This document shows positions 9,487 to 13,952 of a stretch of DNA of 13,952 nucleotides, in pieces. Below the pieces are notes generated by a model that saw nothing but the letters and a program-made list of their open reading frames with translations, did no database searches and was not told the DNA's origin. The position numbers and the translations under genes were made by a program. The DNA comes from Octopus sinensis (Eukaryota), in contig NW_021825944.1 of NCBI RefSeq assembly GCF_006345805.1, forward strand, positions 1-13,952, in the 5' to 3' direction. How positions within the stretch are numbered: position 1 is the first letter of the stretch; every line of letters starts with the position of its first letter.

Positions 9487-9750
9487 ATATATATATACCT
9501 ATGCATATATATTATATATAGATATGCATATATTATATTTTTATGCATATATATATATATGCATATATATATATATATACATATGCATATATATATATTG
9601 CATATAATATATATATATTATATACACATATGCATATTATATATGCATATAATATATATTATATATATATATATATACACATATGCATATATATATATAC
9701 ACATATGCATATATACATATATGCATATATATATAATATATATATATACA
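9487..9750. repeat. Compound satellite block 3: TATGCA unit
   Basis: Continuation of the ACATATGCATA unit after the SINE. Confidence 0.9.
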
Positions 9751-9853
9751 TATAGATATATATATATTATATATATATATATCTATATTATAATAATATA
9801 TATATATTATAATATATATATATATATATATAATAGATATATATAATATATAT

Positions 9854-9925
<72 letters not shown>

Positions 9926-10715
9926 ATAATATATATATATATATAGATATATATATATAATATATAGTTAGATCTATATATATAAGATATAGATATATAT
10001 ATAGATATATATATATATATATAAGATAGATATATATATATATATAGATATATATATATATATATATAGATATCTAATTAATATATATATAGATATATAT
10101 ATATATATATAATAGATATATATATATATATATTATAGATATATATATAGTATATATAGATATAATATATATATATATATAGATATAGTAGATTATATAT
10201 ATAGATATATATATATCTATATATAATATAGATAGATATATAATCTATAATAGATATATATAATATAATAGATATATATATATATAGATATATAATATAG
10301 ATATATTAATATAGATATATATATATATATATAGATATATATATATATATGATATATAGAATATATATATATATATAGATATAGAGATATTATATAGATA
10401 TATATATATATATAGATATAGATATATTATAGAGTATAGTATATATAATATATATAGATATATATATAGATATAGATTATATATATATAGAATATAGATA
10501 TATATATATAGATATATTATTAGTAGAGATGATATATATATATAGATATATATAATATATATATAGATATAATATATAATATCTATATAGATATAGATAT
10601 ATATATATAGATATATATAATATATAGATATAGATATATATATATATATAGATATAGATATTATATCTATATATATAATATATATATATATACAACACAT
10701 GCATATATATATAAC
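9751..10715. repeat. Compound satellite block 4: TAGATA unit with (TA)n
   Basis: TATAGATATA motifs replace TATGCA motifs. Confidence 0.95.
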
Positions 10716-10876
10716 TATATACGACGGGTTTCATCCAGTTTCCGTCCACCAAATCCACTGAGAAGTGTTTGGTCGGCCCGTGACTATATGAGAAGACACT
10801 TGCCCAAAGTGCCACGCTGATGGACTGAACTCGGTACCATGTTGTTGGAAAGCAAGCTTTTTACCACACAGCCACT
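10716..10876 (-). mobile_element. SINE 5' half (tRNA-like head plus CORE-like segment)
   Basis: rc reads AGTGGCTGTGTGGTAAAAAGCTTGC...GAGTTCAGTCC...GGCACTTTGGGCAAGTGTCTTC...GGACGGAAACTGGATGAAACCCGTCGTATATAG; it ends exactly at the SINE internal microsatellite. Confidence 0.9.
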
Positions 10877-10877
10877 A

Positions 10878-10930
10878 TGTGTGTGTGTGTGTGTGTGTGT
10901 ATGTGTTTTGTGTGTGTGTGTGTGTGTGCA
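10878..10930. repeat. (GT)n microsatellite
   Basis: Interrupted GT run. Confidence 0.95.
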
Positions 10931-11035
10931 TGTACGCAATGAGATCTATTGAACTTTATCACTACAAATTCCATTAACATGTTATAAGAGAATTTAGAGG
11001 AGAATTCGTTAGTTAGATTAACGTCTAGTTGCTTC

Positions 11036-11076
11036 TGGTCGCAGTCTAATGACTGAAACAAGTAAAAGATAAATGA
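11036..11076 (+). mobile_element. SINE 3'-terminal fragment (about 40 bp)
   Basis: TGGTCGCAGTC-TAAT-GACTGAAACAAGTAAAAGATAAATGA matches the SINE tail hairpin and tail. Confidence 0.8.
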
Positions 11077-11699
11077 TGCACCGGCTGAAGTTAGTGCACC
11101 TGATAATTCACCAAATCATTCTCCACCTCGCCTTCTCTCTCTGTCTCTCCCTCTCACCTTCTCTCTCTCCCTCTTTGTCATTTTCTTCTCTTCTGGTTTC
11201 CCTGTAGGTCTTGAGTATCCTCTAACCCCAGTTGATTAATGATACTTTGTAGGTGCTTAAATTATGTGCTAATTTCACCAGCTTACATAATATTGATTTT
11301 ATGACGTAAAAATCTGATCTAGTTTAAAGGACTCTAATGGGGAAACAAATTCTATTTACTGGTATTTAACTCTCCTTTGATGATCTCACCACTGCAGACA
11401 GTTTAACACCATTAACAGTATTTACGAGAAACTCAACATGAAATTTGTATGGTAGCGCATAGAAAGTGATTACTCACGTTGAATGTTATTCCAATAATTT
11501 CTTGAATTCATTTACACATCAAAACACCCGCAAATTACATACTTCTAACTGAAAAATCATTTAGCAGTGCTATTTGGTAAAAATCGATGGCGAGGTCATT
11601 CTAAATGTGATAAATATATAGTTTGATTTCCGTTGCAGGAACTGTTCCCATTTTGCTGTACATAACAATGTCCTAGTAATTATCTTATCTCTATCTTTC

Positions 11700-11703
11700 T
11701 CTG

Positions 11704-11785
<82 letters not shown>

Positions 11786-11786
11786 C
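11700..11786. repeat. (CT)n-(TA)n compound microsatellite
   Basis: CT run followed by TA run. Confidence 0.95.
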
Positions 11787-11981
11787 TTAACATTCCGTTA
11801 CCGATATAACAATGTAGTCCATCCAGCGAGAGATAAATATGATTTAATATACACAATTTACAAAGCAGCATTGTTTTTTTCTCTCTCATGTTCTCTCATA
11901 GATCAACGTCCTGTTCATTTTAATGCACTTAGCCTGAAAGATTACTCTGCCAATTTATTGTATCCTTAAAGCATGAAACTA

Positions 11982-11984
<3 letters not shown>

Positions 11985-12062
<78 letters not shown>

Positions 12063-12072
12063 GTATATATAT
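11985..12072. repeat. (TA)n microsatellite
   Basis: Near-pure TA run. Confidence 0.95.
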
Positions 12073-12693
12073 ACGTATAATTTGTACTGTCTCCCTGGTT
12101 TTTTTATGTGCTAGGCCACTTGGTGTTAAACTGATGGTATTATTAAATTAATATCTAATTTTTCACCCTCATTTATGAATTTATAAATTTAATATGCTGC
12201 AGTAAATATTATATGCAGTATTAGTTGCCACTAAGTCTTTGCATGCTTTTGGCGGGGAGGCTAAACCACAACTATGTATGCTATCGATCAGACCGCATGG
12301 GTATTTATCGCCCGTGAGGGTCTGATAAATTGTATCGAGGACAAATGCTGCCGATGACTTATAGACAAATATGTGAGTATAATTGCATATTATGTTGATA
12401 AAGAAACAATTGTTCAGCATTAATCTATCTTTTCGTTGTATTTCGCCTTCCTTACGTTGAAGGTAATGTTATTTAGTTTGTGGAAACAACTTCGGTGGCT
12501 ATACCAGAATAAGGAGCTATTTCTAGCACTAGAGTTAACCACTTAACGTTAACTCTCTCATATTTACGTATATATATATATATATATATATACATCATCA
12601 TAATCATCACATTTTCAAAATGTAATCACATGTGGATCGTTGGCGATTTTCCCACCCCGTCTCCCTTTACTCTTGGCCCTTCCTCCGTCACCT

Positions 12694-12728
12694 GTTTCTG
12701 ACGAAGAGCTTTGCTCGAAACGTAAAAC
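12694..12728 (+). ncRNA. Minimal type I hammerhead ribozyme (dimer-type)
   Basis: GTTT 12694-12697 / AAAC 12725-12728 (stem I); CTGACGA 12698-12704; extra A 12705; GAGC-TTT-GCTC 12706-12716 (stem II); GAAA 12717-12720; loopless palindromic ACGT stem III; GTA triplet, predicted cut after 12724. Confidence 0.8.
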
Positions 12729-12854
12729 TACTTTTCTTTCTTTCCCTGAGCGTCTGCTAATACTTTGCATGTACCACTTCCTTGTGTTGTTATCTTTTTC
12801 TTCGTTTTTTTTTGGGGGGGGTTATAATATGTGTGTGTGTGAGTAAAGTAAAAT

Positions 12855-13268
12855 CAGTCGCCACATCAAAGTGGCTGTTCCATGTTAATACTAGTTTAAC
12901 TCCAGTCAAATCCTCTGCCAGCTGGATATTGGTGTAACGTTGCACCCTTTATATACAACATATATTGTTAGCAGGGGGAGTGCACACCTAACATCCTCTA
13001 GCAAACAACATGATCGCGAGGTTGACTCACTTTCGAGCTATTTGGTCCGTCCTCAGTCATGAGCACGTGGCCGCCAGAGTGATAGCCAGAGTCTGCTCCA
13101 GCCAGTAATATATTCTGAACAAAGCGATCGTCGCTCACTGATTTGGAACAAGCAAAATAGCTTGTAAAATCGCAAGAAGAAATCAGAGTAGTAGCTGTAC
13201 TAAAAAGTAATGTCTGCCCGGGAGTAAACTAGTAGTAACATGGAACAGGTAACTTCATGTAGCGACTG
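12855..13268. mobile_element. Non-autonomous DNA-transposon-like element with about 49-bp terminal inverted repeats
   Basis: 12855-12903 versus rc of 13221-13268: 41/49 identical, both starting CAGTCGC; AAT on both flanks (12852-12854, 13269-13271). No transposase ORF. Confidence 0.7.
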
Positions 13269-13479
13269 AATTTGGTTGTTAGTATAGTTACTACCAAGCA
13301 CGTGCCGTCAGTAATTACTCAGGGTACGCAGCTGGTGACGTTTATGTAGCAAAACACAGAAAGAAATAAGCGAAACAGAGGCGCACGACTGAGTTGAAAG
13401 CAAATTTACTTATGCCTTTGTTGTGCGTAAAGAAAACGTTGTTGTAGGAATGTACGCAGCAAGTGAACTACAGCAGTAC

Positions 13480-13676
13480 TATTCGTAGTTTTAATACTGA
13501 GATTGAAAGGCAGGGGCAAATTATGACTACCTAACATACAAAAAAAATAAAATATTTTGCATTTTATGCATATTAATTTGATTACTATGCATAAAATGCA
13601 AAATATAATGTTTTTTGTAGATTAGGTAGTCATAATTCGCTCCTGGCTTTCAATCTCATCATTAAAAATACGCATA
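13480..13676. repeat. About 197-bp imperfect palindrome (foldback/MITE-like)
   Basis: Arms 13480-13572 and 13586-13676 about 85% complementary (for example TGAGATTGAAAG, AATTATGACTACCTAA, ATATTTTGCATTTTATGCATA), 13-nt centre. Confidence 0.9.
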
Positions 13677-13909
13677 ATTTTATTGAATTTGGTGCATAAT
13701 TTACCATAAAAGGAAAATGTTACTATCGATGTATTTTATTTAGGTATATATATATATAATTTTAAGATCCCAGAGCGGGCAACAGGGAAAGAGAAAAAAG
13801 ACGACTGGTGTTTACGAGTTGCACATGGTGAAAGGGCGGATGTTTACGAAAACAGAGCAAAGTGGGTTTTTAAAGCAAAAGAGTGGAGACAAGGTTGGTA
13901 ACGCAACAG

Positions 13910-13952
13910 ATGTGTGTGTGTGTGTGTGAGTGTGTGCTGTGCGTGTGTGTAT
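13910..13952. repeat. (GT)n microsatellite
   Basis: Interrupted GT run at window end. Confidence 0.9.

Noticed and set aside
3531-9750. Regularly recurring motif with variable spacers, superficially CRISPR-like
   Set aside because: Spacers are only (TA)n, the motif is about 10 bp, the context is eukaryotic and there are no cas genes.
148-10815. Many Ile/Tyr/His/Met-rich ORFs in the ORF track
   Set aside because: They are translations of (TA)n and TACATATGCA satellites, which lack stops in several frames; no domain content.
11120-11260. Long polypyrimidine tract ending in TAG at 11205-11207, like a splice acceptor
   Set aside because: All three downstream frames hit stops within about 30 nt, so no coding exon; the tract is CT-rich simple sequence.
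12531-12556. 9-bp inverted repeat AGAGTTAAC / GTTAACTCT
   Set aside because: Short, AT-rich and without supporting context.
12778-12790. 13-mer TTCCTTGTGTTGT shared with rc of 1280-1292
   Set aside because: Short and low-complexity, and the alignment does not extend convincingly, so it does not establish homology between the two ribozyme-associated repeats.
13024-13056. Minus-strand CTGAGGA...GAAA...GTC in hammerhead order
   Set aside because: Stems I, II and III do not pair; such short motifs are expected by chance.

Overview
Non-genic, extremely AT-rich animal DNA. The SINE family and (TA)n arrays suggest an octopus/coleoid cephalopod genome (inference from recognition, not searched). No host protein-coding gene is supported: the Ile/Tyr-rich ORFs are translations of (TA)n. 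The window contains (1) large compound (TA)n satellite arrays; (2) a 5'-truncated, frameshifted CR1-group LINE (5423-7621, minus) with a 22-bp target-site duplication; (3) six pieces of one tRNA-derived SINE family whose 3' tail resembles the CR1 3' end; (4) small non-autonomous DNA-transposon-like or palindromic elements; and (5) most interestingly, several hammerhead-ribozyme motifs. These are one complete type I hammerhead inside a 154-bp near-perfect inverted repeat whose mirror copy carries core mutations, one minimal dimer-type hammerhead, and three decayed ones. This pattern is typical of Penelope-like-element/retrozyme remnants. Ribozyme activity is inferred from hand-folded structure only.
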